A stretch of DNA of 61,030 bases, filler included, from Bacteriovoracaceae bacterium (GTDB lineage: Bacteria; Bdellovibrionota; Bacteriovoracia; Bacteriovoracales; Bacteriovoracaceae): assembly GCA_018649885.1 (NCBI GenBank). It is 5 parts of 5 records of this genome, joined end to end, with 100 filler letters (N's around TTAATTAATTAA, not from the genome) between each part and the next. Parts side by side here need not be neighbours in the genome. Positions count along the whole stretch, not along the records: positions 28,064 to 49,824 come from JABIHA010000119.1; 4 more parts are not named here. One strand, given 5' to 3'. Below the pieces are notes generated by a model. That model searched no databases. It had not been told where the DNA came from and saw nothing but the letters and a program-made list of their open reading frames with translations. The number at the start of each line of letters is the position of its first letter. Position 1 is the first letter of the stretch. The position numbers and the translations under genes are program-made. This document shows positions 29,122 through 40,049 of this stretch, piece by piece.

Positions 29122-30012
29122 GTTAAAAATTTAAATATTTTTTATTTATTATTTTTTTTAGCATCAATAGCAAACACCAGTTTGTCTAAGACATGCTTCG
29201 TCAAACAAATTGATGAAGAAAATGTTTATATTCATTCACCTACTGGTCAAGAGCTACAATCAGGGGCAGGCGTTGGTATCGGCTACACTTTCAATACTGT
29301 TACAATTGAAACCAAACACCTTATTGCCGCTTATCATCCTGATGCATTAGACTGCAAAAAAATACCAATCCCAGCTTGTTCTTTCAATGCAGAGAAAAGT
29401 GCTCTACTTATTACAGACTCAGATAAGATTCATACAGTAAAAGTTATTGAGTTATCTGATAGTAGTTCCAGCTATAAAGAAAAACATTTAATGATATCAA
29501 AAAATGATATTGAAACTGGGGTTTACCCTGAAGATATTTTTGTTATCGATCTGGTAGGTATGTCAGAGTCTACTTTAATGGAAGTTCTAGAAAGAACAGT
29601 ACCAGAGGGGATTGAATGTGACCTCTCCTACTACGAGACCATTAAAAATGAGGAGACGACAAAAGATCCCATAGAAGGCGCTCGGACAACTGAAACCGAA
29701 GATCAAAGTTCGACTCAAACTGAATCAGAAAAAGTGGAAGACATAGAAACAACTGAGGCCTTACAGACTTTTGACCCCAATCAAGTGGTTACTGAAACGG
29801 AGATACCAAAAGAAGAAAGGACAGAAACTCAAATATTGGAAGACTCAATGGCCTCAAGCTCTGATGTAGAAGTAAATGATAGTGAATTGCCCAAAGCAGA
29901 AGCTGGGCCCTCTCCAACGACTAAAGTACCTGATTGGTCTGAACTAACTGAGGAGCAAAAACGTGCACTCATCATTTTAGACTTATTGGGAGCTGCAGCC
30001 GCCTCTGAATAA
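29122..30012 (+). CDS. Secreted acidic hypothetical protein
   Basis: ORF from TTG 29182 extends in frame to a signal peptide (V)KNLNIFYLLFFLASIANTSLS that starts with GTT 29122 after GGAGA. Confidence 0.7.
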   Translation, partial: VKNLNIFYLLFFLASIANTSLSKTCFVKQIDEENVYIHSPTGQELQSGAGVGIGYTFNTVTIETKHLIAAYHPDALDCKKIPIPACSFNAEKSALLITDSDKIHTVKVIELSDSSSSYKEKHLMISKNDIETGVYPEDIFVIDLVGMSESTLMEVLERTVPEGIECDLSYYETIKNEETTKDPIEGARTTETEDQSSTQTESEKVEDIETTEALQTFDPNQVVTETEIPKEERTETQILEDSMASSSDVEVNDSELPKAEAGPSPTTKVPDWSELTEEQKRALIILDLLGAAAASE

Positions 30013-30022
30013 CGAGTGTTTT

Positions 30023-30880
30023 TTAAGCTGCTTTTTTCTTTGTTTTTTTTGCAGTTTTTTTGTGATATTTTTCAGACTCTGTTTGAGGTAATAAGTTTTT
30101 TTGGCCGACTAAATCTGAATTAAACCATTTAGTAAAGTCTGATTTCCAGTTTAAACGTTCAATATTCTTCTTGAAGCCTAATTTATGAATGGCCCCAATA
30201 AGATTTTTAATCTCTAGTATTTTTTTCTCATTCATTTTTGTAAACATAATTCCATACTCATGACCATTTTTAGTTTCTTTTGCAAAGGCCACTTTTCCTT
30301 TCAGAATGTACCTCTTCCCCAGCACATTAAATACAACCTTTCCCGATTTTTTGAGTAATTTCTCAGAATCAGTGGTACGAAAATTACATCCCCCCTCTGA
30401 AATATTCAAAATGGTTCCTGGAAACATCCCCCAGGCCCCTTTTGTATCCATTTCAATATCCACAATATATCTAGGTTTTGTCTCCCACCACTTAAGGCGA
30501 TCATCAAAATAAACCCTTTGTACTGCAGGCAACATAAAGTAGATAAGAAGGCCTGTATTAGCTGCAAATATGACTATTGGGATTGCTAGAGTCACATTAG
30601 ACTGACCTTGAATTTCCACAATATTGGTAGCGAGGATAATCATTTGAAAGGACATAAAAGCAAAAAAACTCCACTTCTTGCACATATAAATGGCAAGGCC
30701 ACTCATGGGTGCCATTAAATAGAAAACAAAGATTTTCCACATTGGCACAAATTGCATTTGAGCTGTAAAAAAGTTGCTAACAGAGAGCCCACTTGCAAGG
30801 GCCGAGATCCCAATATTAAATAGTGGAATCACTAATTGAATCAATGCTAAAATTACTATTGGCCACGGTCTTCTATTCAT
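30023..30880 (-). CDS. Membrane protein with a C-terminal PilZ domain
   Basis: Four hydrophobic segments, then WWET.PRY...NISEGG...YGI.F. Confidence 0.8.
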   Translation of the reverse strand: MNRRPWPIVILALIQLVIPLFNIGISALASGLSVSNFFTAQMQFVPMWKIFVFYLMAPMSGLAIYMCKKWSFFAFMSFQMIILATNIVEIQGQSNVTLAIPIVIFAANTGLLIYFMLPAVQRVYFDDRLKWWETKPRYIVDIEMDTKGAWGMFPGTILNISEGGCNFRTTDSEKLLKKSGKVVFNVLGKRYILKGKVAFAKETKNGHEYGIMFTKMNEKKILEIKNLIGAIHKLGFKKNIERLNWKSDFTKWFNSDLVGQKNLLPQTESEKYHKKTAKKTKKKAA

Positions 30881-30952
30881 GGAATCTATTTCGGCAAAAA
30901 ACATTTAATTATAAAGTCATCTTTTAATTTTAAATAAATTTTATAGAATGCC

Positions 30953-31561
30953 CTAGCTTTTAGATATAAATTTAGCGCCCACTCTTAGCACTCTCTTCTT
31001 ATTTACGTTGCTAGATTTAAAGTAGACCACTTTGGCCAAATACTGGATATCGTTGTGAACAATTCTCACAACGCTCACCTTTGAAATATAAGTCACATTG
31101 CCCAAACTTGTCTCAAAGCAAATGCCACTGGCTGAGAGGTCAACACCTTGTGCAGTAAGGTGATCTGTAGTTCCCCTTGGTGAAAAGGTAAGTGATGTAC
31201 CCGAAATTGAATTTCGTGGTTCAGCTCTTTTTTCATCGTACTCTATGGCGGGTGGGATTTTTACCAGTAGATAGTCATTGGTAAAACTGATAACTTTTGC
31301 TTCAAAAATACAGGCGGGTTTGTACATTCTAATAGTAATAGATTCAATATTTTTTTCTTCAATATTTGAAAATTTCATCAATACTTTGAATTCATATACC
31401 CCTAAATTAATTTGCTGTTCATCTGGGATAATATAGTGTGCTTTACAAATGGGGTTTAGAAAATCTCCCCCTACAGTGATGTAGACTTCTTCATTTTCTA
31501 CAATACGTGAGAAAAGAATTTCTTCGATTTTACTTTGATTTGTGACCTGTACCGTTCCCAA
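30953..31561 (-). CDS. PilZ domain protein
   Basis: KRAEPR and DLSASG motifs, VGAKF end. Confidence 0.82.
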   Translation of the reverse strand: MGTVQVTNQSKIEEILFSRIVENEEVYITVGGDFLNPICKAHYIIPDEQQINLGVYEFKVLMKFSNIEEKNIESITIRMYKPACIFEAKVISFTNDYLLVKIPPAIEYDEKRAEPRNSISGTSLTFSPRGTTDHLTAQGVDLSASGICFETSLGNVTYISKVSVVRIVHNDIQYLAKVVYFKSSNVNKKRVLRVGAKFISKS

Positions 31562-31812
31562 ATTATCTCCACCGTAAAAACTTTCATACGCATTATAAAA
31601 GTTCCTTTAACCAATTGTGGCAGATAAATAGTAAAATCCTCTAACACTTTACTAGAAAGTGTTTACAAATATCGCAATCCAGGAAAATTTTATAGAAATG
31701 GTGTCATGCTGATACCGATAAAATACAAATTATTTTATTTAACTTGACCAAGTAGAGAACAAGTTAGAAATTTTGTCCTAAAGAAAAATCGGCTACTACC
31801 CGACTACTTAAC

Positions 31813-32073
31813 ATGGGTATATTTAGACTAGTCATTCTACTAACATTACTTTGTGCCTGCACAAAGGCCCAACTAGGTGGGAGAGGCCCCGCTTCATCAA
31901 ATTTCCAGCTGAAAGAGAACAATAGCTTTGGGGGAATCTGTACGGACTCCTATGGTCGCAGACACTACTCTAATGAGCCTTCCTACCACGATTGTATCAA
32001 TGAAGAATCAAACCATACCAAGGGTCCTTTCAAACACCAAAAAGGGCTTATTTACCAAATCAAGGCCAAATAA
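31813..32073 (+). CDS. Small lipoprotein
   Basis: Lipobox LCAC, RGPAS motif. Confidence 0.65.
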   Translation: MGIFRLVILLTLLCACTKAQLGGRGPASSNFQLKENNSFGGICTDSYGRRHYSNEPSYHDCINEESNHTKGPFKHQKGLIYQIKAK

Positions 32074-32116
32074 TGTTGTCCTTGATCTACCACTAGCAAG
32101 TTTTTATAATAGGTAA

Positions 32117-32899
32117 ATGAAAAGAATACACTTATTTGAATTTGAAGATTTAAGCTGGTTCCCCACATCCATCAGAAACTATGGAACTGATTTCTTACGT
32201 GCCTTGGCCGTAAAAACAAGAATCTACCAAAGATCTATACCAATTATTAAAAAGGCCATAGATGATAGTGGCACAGGCCAAGTTGTGGACCTTTGTTCTG
32301 GTGGTGGCGGTGGCTGGGAAAGCATAGCAAAATCCGTAAAAAAAGATATTCCTGGTCTGAAAATTCATCTAACAGATTACTATCCAAATATTGATGCCTT
32401 TGAAAGAATTTACCACAAGGCCCCCGAGGTCTTCACTTTTGATAGAAGAAAAATAGATGCTCTTGCTGTTCCTGATGATTTAAAAGGCATTCGAACACTA
32501 TTTTTATGCTTTCATCACTTTGACCCAGTTAGTGCCAAGAAAATCATTCAAGATGCAGTTAACGCCAATTGTTCCATCGCCATTTTTGAGGCCCAAAAAA
32601 GAGACCTTTTTCACTTCATTCTCTTTTTATTTTCTCCTCTGGGTGTGGCCTTTATCACACCTTTCGTAAAACCATTTTCCTTAAAGAGAATATTCTTCAC
32701 CTACATCATTCCAGTTGTTCCCTCTTTTATTCTTTGGGATGGGTTGATCTCAGTACTACGTTCCTACAAACTCGAAGAGATTCAGCAAATGACTTATGAT
32801 TTGTCTAAGACTCATAATTACAAATGGGAAAGTGGTCGAATCAAAACTGGTCCCAGCTCGATTTTCTATTTTGTTGGACATCTAAGCAAAACCGAGTAA
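32117..32899 (+). CDS. Class I SAM-dependent methyltransferase
   Basis: MKRIHLFEFED..WFP, VVDLCSGGGG, LTD.YPN, FHHF, WDG.ISVLR.Y. Confidence 0.85.
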   Translation: MKRIHLFEFEDLSWFPTSIRNYGTDFLRALAVKTRIYQRSIPIIKKAIDDSGTGQVVDLCSGGGGGWESIAKSVKKDIPGLKIHLTDYYPNIDAFERIYHKAPEVFTFDRRKIDALAVPDDLKGIRTLFLCFHHFDPVSAKKIIQDAVNANCSIAIFEAQKRDLFHFILFLFSPLGVAFITPFVKPFSLKRIFFTYIIPVVPSFILWDGLISVLRSYKLEEIQQMTYDLSKTHNYKWESGRIKTGPSSIFYFVGHLSKTE

Positions 32900-33008
32900 A
32901 GCGATATTGTCCATTTTTCTAAAACCTTGTAACTTATAAAGCCCATGAAAAATATTTAAGTGTATCTCTAAGTAACCGAATAATGAGCTGAGATATGGGG
33001 ATACCGAA

Positions 33009-35075
33009 ATGAGAATTGTTATAATTTTGCTTACATTTACCTTCTCGCTAGCTCTCCACGCTACGGATTCGCTAAGCGGTTTTGGAGTAATCATCGATGC
33101 TCCAGAAATAGTTTATGATGGACTAGCAACAGCAAGTGGAGTCACCTCAGCAGCTGATGCATGGGTTGGAGATGCTATGGGAATTATCGCTGGAACCTCT
33201 TATACATCAGAAATTGACATGGAAGAAATTTCAGATTCAAAAGAATGTGCTTTCAGAGATATGGGTTTTGATTCCATTAAAGATAATCTTGAATCAATTG
33301 GAGACGCCATTATCTCTATGGAGGCAGAGGGACCATGTGGTCCTCAGCTTGAAACCCTTACAGGTATGCAATCTTCTATCTCAGTCATTTCTCAAGGCTG
33401 GAGCACGTATGTTGGTAGTGGTGTGGAAGTTGATGAAGATGCAACTGAAGAAGAATTAGAAGAAGCAAGAAAAGAGCAAATTGCAGAGATCTCAGCTGAA
33501 TATTATTATTTTGTTAATGACATGCTAAGTGATTCAGCCTGTTTTGAAAAAATGGATCTGAACACTATCGTCTCATTAACTGCTGGAGCGGCCAAGATGT
33601 CGGCGATAATCCCCTCTCCAGTCACATGGGCGGCAGGTCTGATTGGAACACTAGGTGAAACTCTTTATAATTTCATTGATAATATGGCCCAGTATTATAG
33701 TGAGCCAAATAGAACAAATAGACAAGAAGCTCAACAAGAACTCTCTGTCACAGCTGCTTGTATTTTGATGAATGAAGCAGGCCAACTTAAAGAGCTCTCA
33801 ACCACTTTTAATTTAGACATAGAGTTCACAAAGGACTCCATTGCCAGACAAGAGCAAGAAATATTAGGTCTTCCCATCATGGCCTGCTATGAAACTTATT
33901 TGCAATGGCAAGATATTTTTGCTCTTAAGGATAATTTTGTTGATGTTAAAGCGCTACTCATCAACCCAGGCGGCATAGAAAAAGACAAGTGTGAGATGAC
34001 GAAAAGTATTCTTTATAACCTTAGAAATGATAATCCACTTTTTATGAGTCTAATTGATGAAGAAGAGTCCAAACCATCAGGTCGATACCTGGGTCTAATT
34101 AAAGATTTTAAACGATTTTCAACCATGGAAATAAATTGTGATCTGACTACCGAAGATGGAGAAATACGCCACATTGATCCAGATCTTTTATACTTTTTAG
34201 GACAACTTCCTGGAGCTCTAGATCCACTTTTTGATTTAGTTCATGATAAGTCGAAAGAAATGATAAACCAATTTGAAGATGAAGATCCTTTTCATGACCT
34301 TCTGGCCCGTCTTGAAATACTCGAAGCAGATAAAACCCAACTAGAAGTTGCAGAGCACTTTAAAGAAAGAGGTCAAGCTTCTATAATGGAGATGGATACA
34401 GTCACAGACCGCTACGAGGGTATCAGAGATACATTCATGAATCCACACAGTATTATTTCCTACAATAAATACGCTAAAATGCAAAAAAAGCAACTCAAAG
34501 AAAAAGTCACAGATGCCCAAACCGCATTAAAAGGACTCGAAGGAGCTAAAGACACCTCTACTGATAGATTTTGCGATCAAGTTCGCGAAGCAAAGTTATA
34601 TATTGGTCAAGCAAAGCTGAAAGCGAAAAACTTGTCCTTCTTCTGTGAAGAGCTAACTACTGCCAATGAAGAACTTTGGGCAGTCACTAAAGAAAATGAT
34701 GAAAGAAAGCAAGGTGATGAAGATAGAGAAGAGCTTGATGACTACAGTGGATCAGATGTTCCTGAGGAAGTCGCCTTGTACACCGCCACCAGACATAAAG
34801 CCTTTTACAAGCAATGTCATGCAGGTGGATGGAAAGATGTGACCAAAGAAGGTGTTGATTGGACTCCAGAAAGAAGAGAAAGGGCCAGGATGGACAATTA
34901 TGTCTACTACTCTCATCAATTTATACATGGAAGTATTCAAAGAACAACAGATGAAGGTGAACAGGTCAGTGTTATTCCTGAAAGTAGTACCAGGGGATTT
35001 GAAAATATTCCCACCCTTAGAGACCGACTAGCTGCTCAAGTTGCAAGAAGAGAGGACGGATGCAAGAAAAAATAA
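33009..35075 (+). CDS. Large secreted acidic helical hypothetical protein
   Basis: 688 aa, signal peptide, coiled-coil-like stretches, one internal hydrophobic segment. Confidence 0.8.
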   Translation: MRIVIILLTFTFSLALHATDSLSGFGVIIDAPEIVYDGLATASGVTSAADAWVGDAMGIIAGTSYTSEIDMEEISDSKECAFRDMGFDSIKDNLESIGDAIISMEAEGPCGPQLETLTGMQSSISVISQGWSTYVGSGVEVDEDATEEELEEARKEQIAEISAEYYYFVNDMLSDSACFEKMDLNTIVSLTAGAAKMSAIIPSPVTWAAGLIGTLGETLYNFIDNMAQYYSEPNRTNRQEAQQELSVTAACILMNEAGQLKELSTTFNLDIEFTKDSIARQEQEILGLPIMACYETYLQWQDIFALKDNFVDVKALLINPGGIEKDKCEMTKSILYNLRNDNPLFMSLIDEEESKPSGRYLGLIKDFKRFSTMEINCDLTTEDGEIRHIDPDLLYFLGQLPGALDPLFDLVHDKSKEMINQFEDEDPFHDLLARLEILEADKTQLEVAEHFKERGQASIMEMDTVTDRYEGIRDTFMNPHSIISYNKYAKMQKKQLKEKVTDAQTALKGLEGAKDTSTDRFCDQVREAKLYIGQAKLKAKNLSFFCEELTTANEELWAVTKENDERKQGDEDREELDDYSGSDVPEEVALYTATRHKAFYKQCHAGGWKDVTKEGVDWTPERRERARMDNYVYYSHQFIHGSIQRTTDEGEQVSVIPESSTRGFENIPTLRDRLAAQVARREDGCKKK

Positions 35076-35536
35076 AGAAATCCATTTACCTATTTATATG
35101 TCTTACTTTTACCTTGTCTCGCTCTTATGCAGGGTTTCTTACCTATCACCACATGGAATTTCAATCTAGACTTGGTTGGAAGATGAGTGAGGAAATCGGA
35201 AATATTTCCACTACAATTCTTACTGGCAAAAATGGCAAAATGCATTTTAACTTAACCAAGAATAAATTAAAAAAGAAATTAAAAATGAATCTTAAAAGCT
35301 TCACGGCGAATAATAAAAAACTTTTAAAAAGTAAAACAGGCGATATCTACTGCAAAAGATTTAATAAAATAAAGTCTTGCTACTTTGATTACCAAACAAA
35401 AGACAGCTTTGGACTTCAGTTTTACTTCTCTCATGCTGATGCCGTTTATGTCATGACATTTTCTGCACCAAAAGATCAAGCCAATATGCTGAAAAAAAGC
35501 TCGACCTCTCTGGTTGGACAAATTAGGCTCATCTAA
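35060..35536 (+). CDS. Secreted basic hypothetical protein
   Basis: Overlaps the upstream stop; GAGG RBS; signal peptide. Confidence 0.7.
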   Translation: MQEKIKKSIYLFICLTFTLSRSYAGFLTYHHMEFQSRLGWKMSEEIGNISTTILTGKNGKMHFNLTKNKLKKKLKMNLKSFTANNKKLLKSKTGDIYCKRFNKIKSCYFDYQTKDSFGLQFYFSHADAVYVMTFSAPKDQANMLKKSSTSLVGQIRLI

Positions 35537-35663
35537 TATTTATTTATAATAATTAGCGATGGCTTTCCGTGCCATTAAGTTCTTCTTAAACTACCTATTC
35601 CCCCTAGACTCAAATGCTTATTTAGCTGATAAGAATTCAACTATAAATTCATAAAAGGTTCAA

Positions 35664-36971
35664 TTGATGCGACTGAAATCAATCCAATTTTTTGTACTCA
35701 TCGTTTTTACAATGGTTGGGGTAAGCAATTGTATATTAAACAGCGACTTTACAGATGACATAACTCCAGATGCCAGCACAAGTATTTGCTCTAGTTATAA
35801 GACTCTTCTAATCTTTAAAAGTATGGCCGCATTTGACGGCACTGACGCTGTTAATGCTGGGCCTAAAAATAATGTATGGGCCATTTACTCTGATGGCACT
35901 GGAAAAAAGGCATTAACTACTCTAACCAATACTGACGCCTATATGGGAGCCCCCTCTCAGCAGACTGATCAAATTACCTATAGTAGCAAACGGGCCTTTG
36001 ACTTATCAGATTCTGAGCTTGCAAATTCAAACTTTAATGTTTGGGTAACCGATTATAGTGGAGTGACACACACGGCTTACACCAACTACACCACAGCAGG
36101 AGTCTATGCAAGAGTAGAAGATATAGATCCCAATGGCCTATACATTTCAATTAGAAGTACAGCAGCTTTTGATGGATCTGATACTGCAAATGCTGGCACC
36201 ACCAGTAATATTTGGCTGATCAATAGTGATGGAAGTGGCGCCTTTGCCTTAACCCAAATGACTGTGGGGGCCAATATCCAATCCTTTTTTAATCACAATA
36301 GTACCCAGCTTGTTTTCAGATCAAATAATACAATTGATCTGGCCAATACCACAAGCACCCAATGGAATATTTGGAAAATTGATGTTGATGGCACTTCTAG
36401 GCAAGCACTCACAACTTATGGCACGGCCACTTCAACCTCCCAAGGAAAGTTCTTCAGCTCAGGAACAAAAATCGGCTATCACACCTATGCGGCCTTTGAT
36501 GGAAGTGATGCCAACAACGCAGGTTCTAAGAGGAATATTTGGACCATGAACTCAGATGGCACAGGAAAATTAGCAATCACTCAAAACACTACCGCCACAA
36601 GTAATCGCTCTTCTCTTTCAAATAATGGTGAGAAAGTCTATTTTTACTCTCAAATGGCACTCAATGGGACTGATACTAACTCAGGTGTAGTCAATATTTG
36701 GTCCGCAAACGCAGATGGTACCAGCAAGGCCCCATTAACAAATCTGACCAATGCAACTGCCGATAAGTTCGCAGAACTCCCCTACTCAAAAATTGCTTAT
36801 CAAAGCAACCGTGCACTTGATGGAACCGATGCACTCAATACTAATAGCACTTACAATATTTGGATCATGGATCTCGACGGAACCAATCATACACCTATCA
36901 CAAGCTATACTGCCACCAATGCTCATGCCTATTATAATATGAGGTTTGGTCAAACAATATGTGCTGATTAG
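35664..36971 (+). CDS. TolB/PD40-like beta-propeller exported protein
   Basis: About 7 repeats of A(F/L)DG.D..N...NIW..N.DG(T/S)G..ALT. Confidence 0.8.
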   Translation: MMRLKSIQFFVLIVFTMVGVSNCILNSDFTDDITPDASTSICSSYKTLLIFKSMAAFDGTDAVNAGPKNNVWAIYSDGTGKKALTTLTNTDAYMGAPSQQTDQITYSSKRAFDLSDSELANSNFNVWVTDYSGVTHTAYTNYTTAGVYARVEDIDPNGLYISIRSTAAFDGSDTANAGTTSNIWLINSDGSGAFALTQMTVGANIQSFFNHNSTQLVFRSNNTIDLANTTSTQWNIWKIDVDGTSRQALTTYGTATSTSQGKFFSSGTKIGYHTYAAFDGSDANNAGSKRNIWTMNSDGTGKLAITQNTTATSNRSSLSNNGEKVYFYSQMALNGTDTNSGVVNIWSANADGTSKAPLTNLTNATADKFAELPYSKIAYQSNRALDGTDALNTNSTYNIWIMDLDGTNHTPITSYTATNAHAYYNMRFGQTICAD

Positions 36972-36980
36972 TAGTCCTAT

Positions 36981-39341
36981 TTACCTAGGGAAGACTTTTT
37001 CAAGGTAACAATCGGTATTGGGAATAGTATCTGGCATTGATAGATTCGTTAAGACTTTTGCAAAATCAAGCCTATCAGGTCTAGGGGCGTAGTATTTGAT
37101 AATAGCACCAAGGCCTAAATAGTATTTTAAAAGAGGCCAAGGATTTATCTTGCCACTACTTGGCTTAATCCTTCCAAAACGATCTTTTTTCACAGGCTTT
37201 CTTGGAATTTCACCATTAATAATTAAATAGTAAAATAATGTTCTCGCCACTTTGGACTTACTATAATCTTTCCAGTTTTCAAAAATCGATATTTCTTTAT
37301 CAATGATAGTGTAAATGGCCGGTTTAAAGTGATTAAAAGCAGCTTCTAATTCATTTGGCCCAAACACATGGTTGGCATCCTTATCAAAACGAATAAAAGT
37401 CTCTTCAATTGATACAAGCCCTCCAATGATCAAGGCAATATCTTTAGCAGTAACTGAAACTTCATATTGAGGTTTTTCGTCCATGCTATCAAAAGGGCAA
37501 TGCCTCGAAAATTTACTCATGGCACGAGCAAATTTAATTTTACCTTCTAGTTTCCAAGTATCAGATGCAGAAAAAAGTGCAGGGAAATTCTTACGATATG
37601 GAAGAAGACTTTTAAAGAAATTTTCATAGTAAAATTTAGTAGGGACACCCACTTTGTAATTTCCAGGATTACATCCATTCATGGCAGGGCATAGCTGGGT
37701 TATTTTAAAACGTCCTTCTTCACATTTGTAATCACCTCGGCACTTCTTCTCAAGCCCATCATAAGCTTTTTCTGCCACATGAAAGCTGGCCATATCCATC
37801 AGGATAATTCCTACAATTTCTTCAAAATCAATGACACCATTTCCATTTGAGTGACCACGAAAATAATCGGCCATTAGTTTTTGGCTACCGAGCATTTGTG
37901 AAATTGGATTTCTATAGAAGTTCATCTCCACAACAAAATCTTGGTAATCATCAATGATTTTTTGGAAATCACTGAGCTTAATTGATCTTCCATCAGCGCC
38001 ACTACCGTAAACTCCTAAGAACATCTCAACAATATACTCAATAACCCCTACTTCAATGACCCCTCTTTTTGACCTAACCCAAGCGTGGTCAAATGAAGAA
38101 AAACCTTTCTCCTCCGGGATATGTCTATAGGTGGCCACAATCTTTTTAAAGGATTTGTTTAATTTTCTATTTTTTGGATCAAAACTGATAATTTGCGAGG
38201 CCCTGACTTTAACAGGCCTTCCCAGAAGTGTTTCATTTTTCTTCCACATCTCTTGGAAATAGACTATTTTTTCAATAATTGCTTTAGAATGACCAATAAT
38301 CTTAATTAAATCTTGGTAAGAAAACCAATCGCTATCAGTCTTCAAAAACTTCTGCTTAATCTTCTTTATTGATTTAGTAATAGGAACCAAATCGTAGGGA
38401 TTACTTTCAATAGATTTGGAAATTTCAATTAAGTCTGAGACAGTAAAGTAGGAATAATTCTTATTGCTCCCAACTCCTTCGTAGTAAAGACTTTTTTCAA
38501 AGCCATCCAAAAGACCCAGTATGAAAGACATCTGATTGTGATCACTATTAAAAACTAACTTTGGATACAATAGAAGATCTAGAACAGTGGAACCCAGTGT
38601 AGGCAAAATTGTGAGCAGTCTAACAATCTCTTTGAAAGTGTATATGTCTTGATTACCACCTAATAAAACCACTTTTAATTTTCTAAATTTAAGTCCTTGA
38701 TCTATTAAGGATTGATTACTCCCATTCTTATTGATCAAATTAATGATAGAGTTAGTAGATATCTCGCCATAGGTGTTTTCATGTTTTTTTATATTCTTTT
38801 TTACAATATCTGATAGGTCATTAAAACCAGTCATCGCTTTTTCTTTATAGTACTTGTATTCTGACTCTGATTTCTTTGTTCCTTCCCTATGCCATTTAAA
38901 AGCTTCATAAACAGGAATCAGGCTTTTATTGAGCTGGATTAGAAACTCAAAGAGTCTGGGAATTTCATTTAGCTTAATACGCTCTCTTTCCCCACCATAA
39001 ATAAGATAATTGACCACAAAGAGAGTACCAATTCCTTCAATATCTTTTATAGCTGAGGGTAAAAACTTTCTTATAAATAGTGTGAGTTCATTTTTATTGA
39101 GATAGCTGGGATCACTTATCTGGTTTACTGCTGAATATAGCTGCAAATTACTTTGAATACATCTGAGTTCTACAGAGACATCAACTTCAGCAAATTTTTT
39201 AAGTTTGCTGCCATTAATTTTACATGTTGAGCTGGTGATTTGTGAACCAACAGAGGCACTTCCTGGCGGCTTATCATTCATCATCTTCCCGCAAGAAACT
39301 AGCAAAATAACTAGTAGCGCTAACCCAAAATGTATCCTCAT
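36981..39341 (-). CDS. Large lipoprotein with EF-hand-like motifs
   Basis: Lipobox LVSC; SNGNGVIDFEE and DKDANHVFGPNEL. Confidence 0.75.
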   Translation of the reverse strand: MRIHFGLALLVILLVSCGKMMNDKPPGSASVGSQITSSTCKINGSKLKKFAEVDVSVELRCIQSNLQLYSAVNQISDPSYLNKNELTLFIRKFLPSAIKDIEGIGTLFVVNYLIYGGERERIKLNEIPRLFEFLIQLNKSLIPVYEAFKWHREGTKKSESEYKYYKEKAMTGFNDLSDIVKKNIKKHENTYGEISTNSIINLINKNGSNQSLIDQGLKFRKLKVVLLGGNQDIYTFKEIVRLLTILPTLGSTVLDLLLYPKLVFNSDHNQMSFILGLLDGFEKSLYYEGVGSNKNYSYFTVSDLIEISKSIESNPYDLVPITKSIKKIKQKFLKTDSDWFSYQDLIKIIGHSKAIIEKIVYFQEMWKKNETLLGRPVKVRASQIISFDPKNRKLNKSFKKIVATYRHIPEEKGFSSFDHAWVRSKRGVIEVGVIEYIVEMFLGVYGSGADGRSIKLSDFQKIIDDYQDFVVEMNFYRNPISQMLGSQKLMADYFRGHSNGNGVIDFEEIVGIILMDMASFHVAEKAYDGLEKKCRGDYKCEEGRFKITQLCPAMNGCNPGNYKVGVPTKFYYENFFKSLLPYRKNFPALFSASDTWKLEGKIKFARAMSKFSRHCPFDSMDEKPQYEVSVTAKDIALIIGGLVSIEETFIRFDKDANHVFGPNELEAAFNHFKPAIYTIIDKEISIFENWKDYSKSKVARTLFYYLIINGEIPRKPVKKDRFGRIKPSSGKINPWPLLKYYLGLGAIIKYYAPRPDRLDFAKVLTNLSMPDTIPNTDCYLEKVFPR

Positions 39342-39530
39342 TAAACATCCCTAAAAAAATTATCATGTAATGTTAATCTAAATAGTCTGTATCATGGGCC
39401 AAATCAGATGATCCAAAGGCGTGGTAATGTTTACACAGTTGCATGCGTGTCATTTTAAAGAGTAACTACTCATAATATGGGGGGCATCTCAAATTATGAT
39501 ACAGTGTGTAAGAATATAAAAGGGATTTAT

Positions 39531-40049
39531 CTATTTTTCAGAGCTCATAATGCTTAAAGCACTGAGATCTTTTTCTTCAACTAGTACAGGATAAGCACTC
39601 ACTGCAAAGGGATGCCTGGTATCTCCTGGCACGGCCAGCTCACTTGGGAGCTCAACTGTACGACCCCACATACCATCGATCCAAACAGCGCACGAATTTT
39701 TCCCCACAGGACATAAATCTTTTAAGGTATCAATTATTGAGGTGCCCATTTGGGTGTCGTCGAGATCTAATAAAAGTGAGTCATCTGACAACTGTGAGAT
39801 GTCTCCACCAATAAAGGCCTTCTTAAGGCCAAGCCGGTATTCATCTTGGAATTCAACAACAACAGGAAGCCTAAGGTAGCGCCCCTTATTATGATCAAGC
39901 CAACTTTTAAGTTTAGCACTATCGCTAATAGGAAAAACTGATTGATACCCACCGTGCTCACAGTCACCCATTTTATTTCCTTTAACACCATTAGAGCTGC
40001 AAGCAGCAGCTGCTAAAAAGATTATTAAAAACCAAACTTTCTGGTTCAC
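39531..40049 (-). CDS. Lipoprotein, hypothetical
   Basis: GTG start, lipobox AAAC. Confidence 0.7.
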   Translation of the reverse strand: MNQKVWFLIIFLAAAACSSNGVKGNKMGDCEHGGYQSVFPISDSAKLKSWLDHNKGRYLRLPVVVEFQDEYRLGLKKAFIGGDISQLSDDSLLLDLDDTQMGTSIIDTLKDLCPVGKNSCAVWIDGMWGRTVELPSELAVPGDTRHPFAVSAYPVLVEEKDLSALSIMSSEK

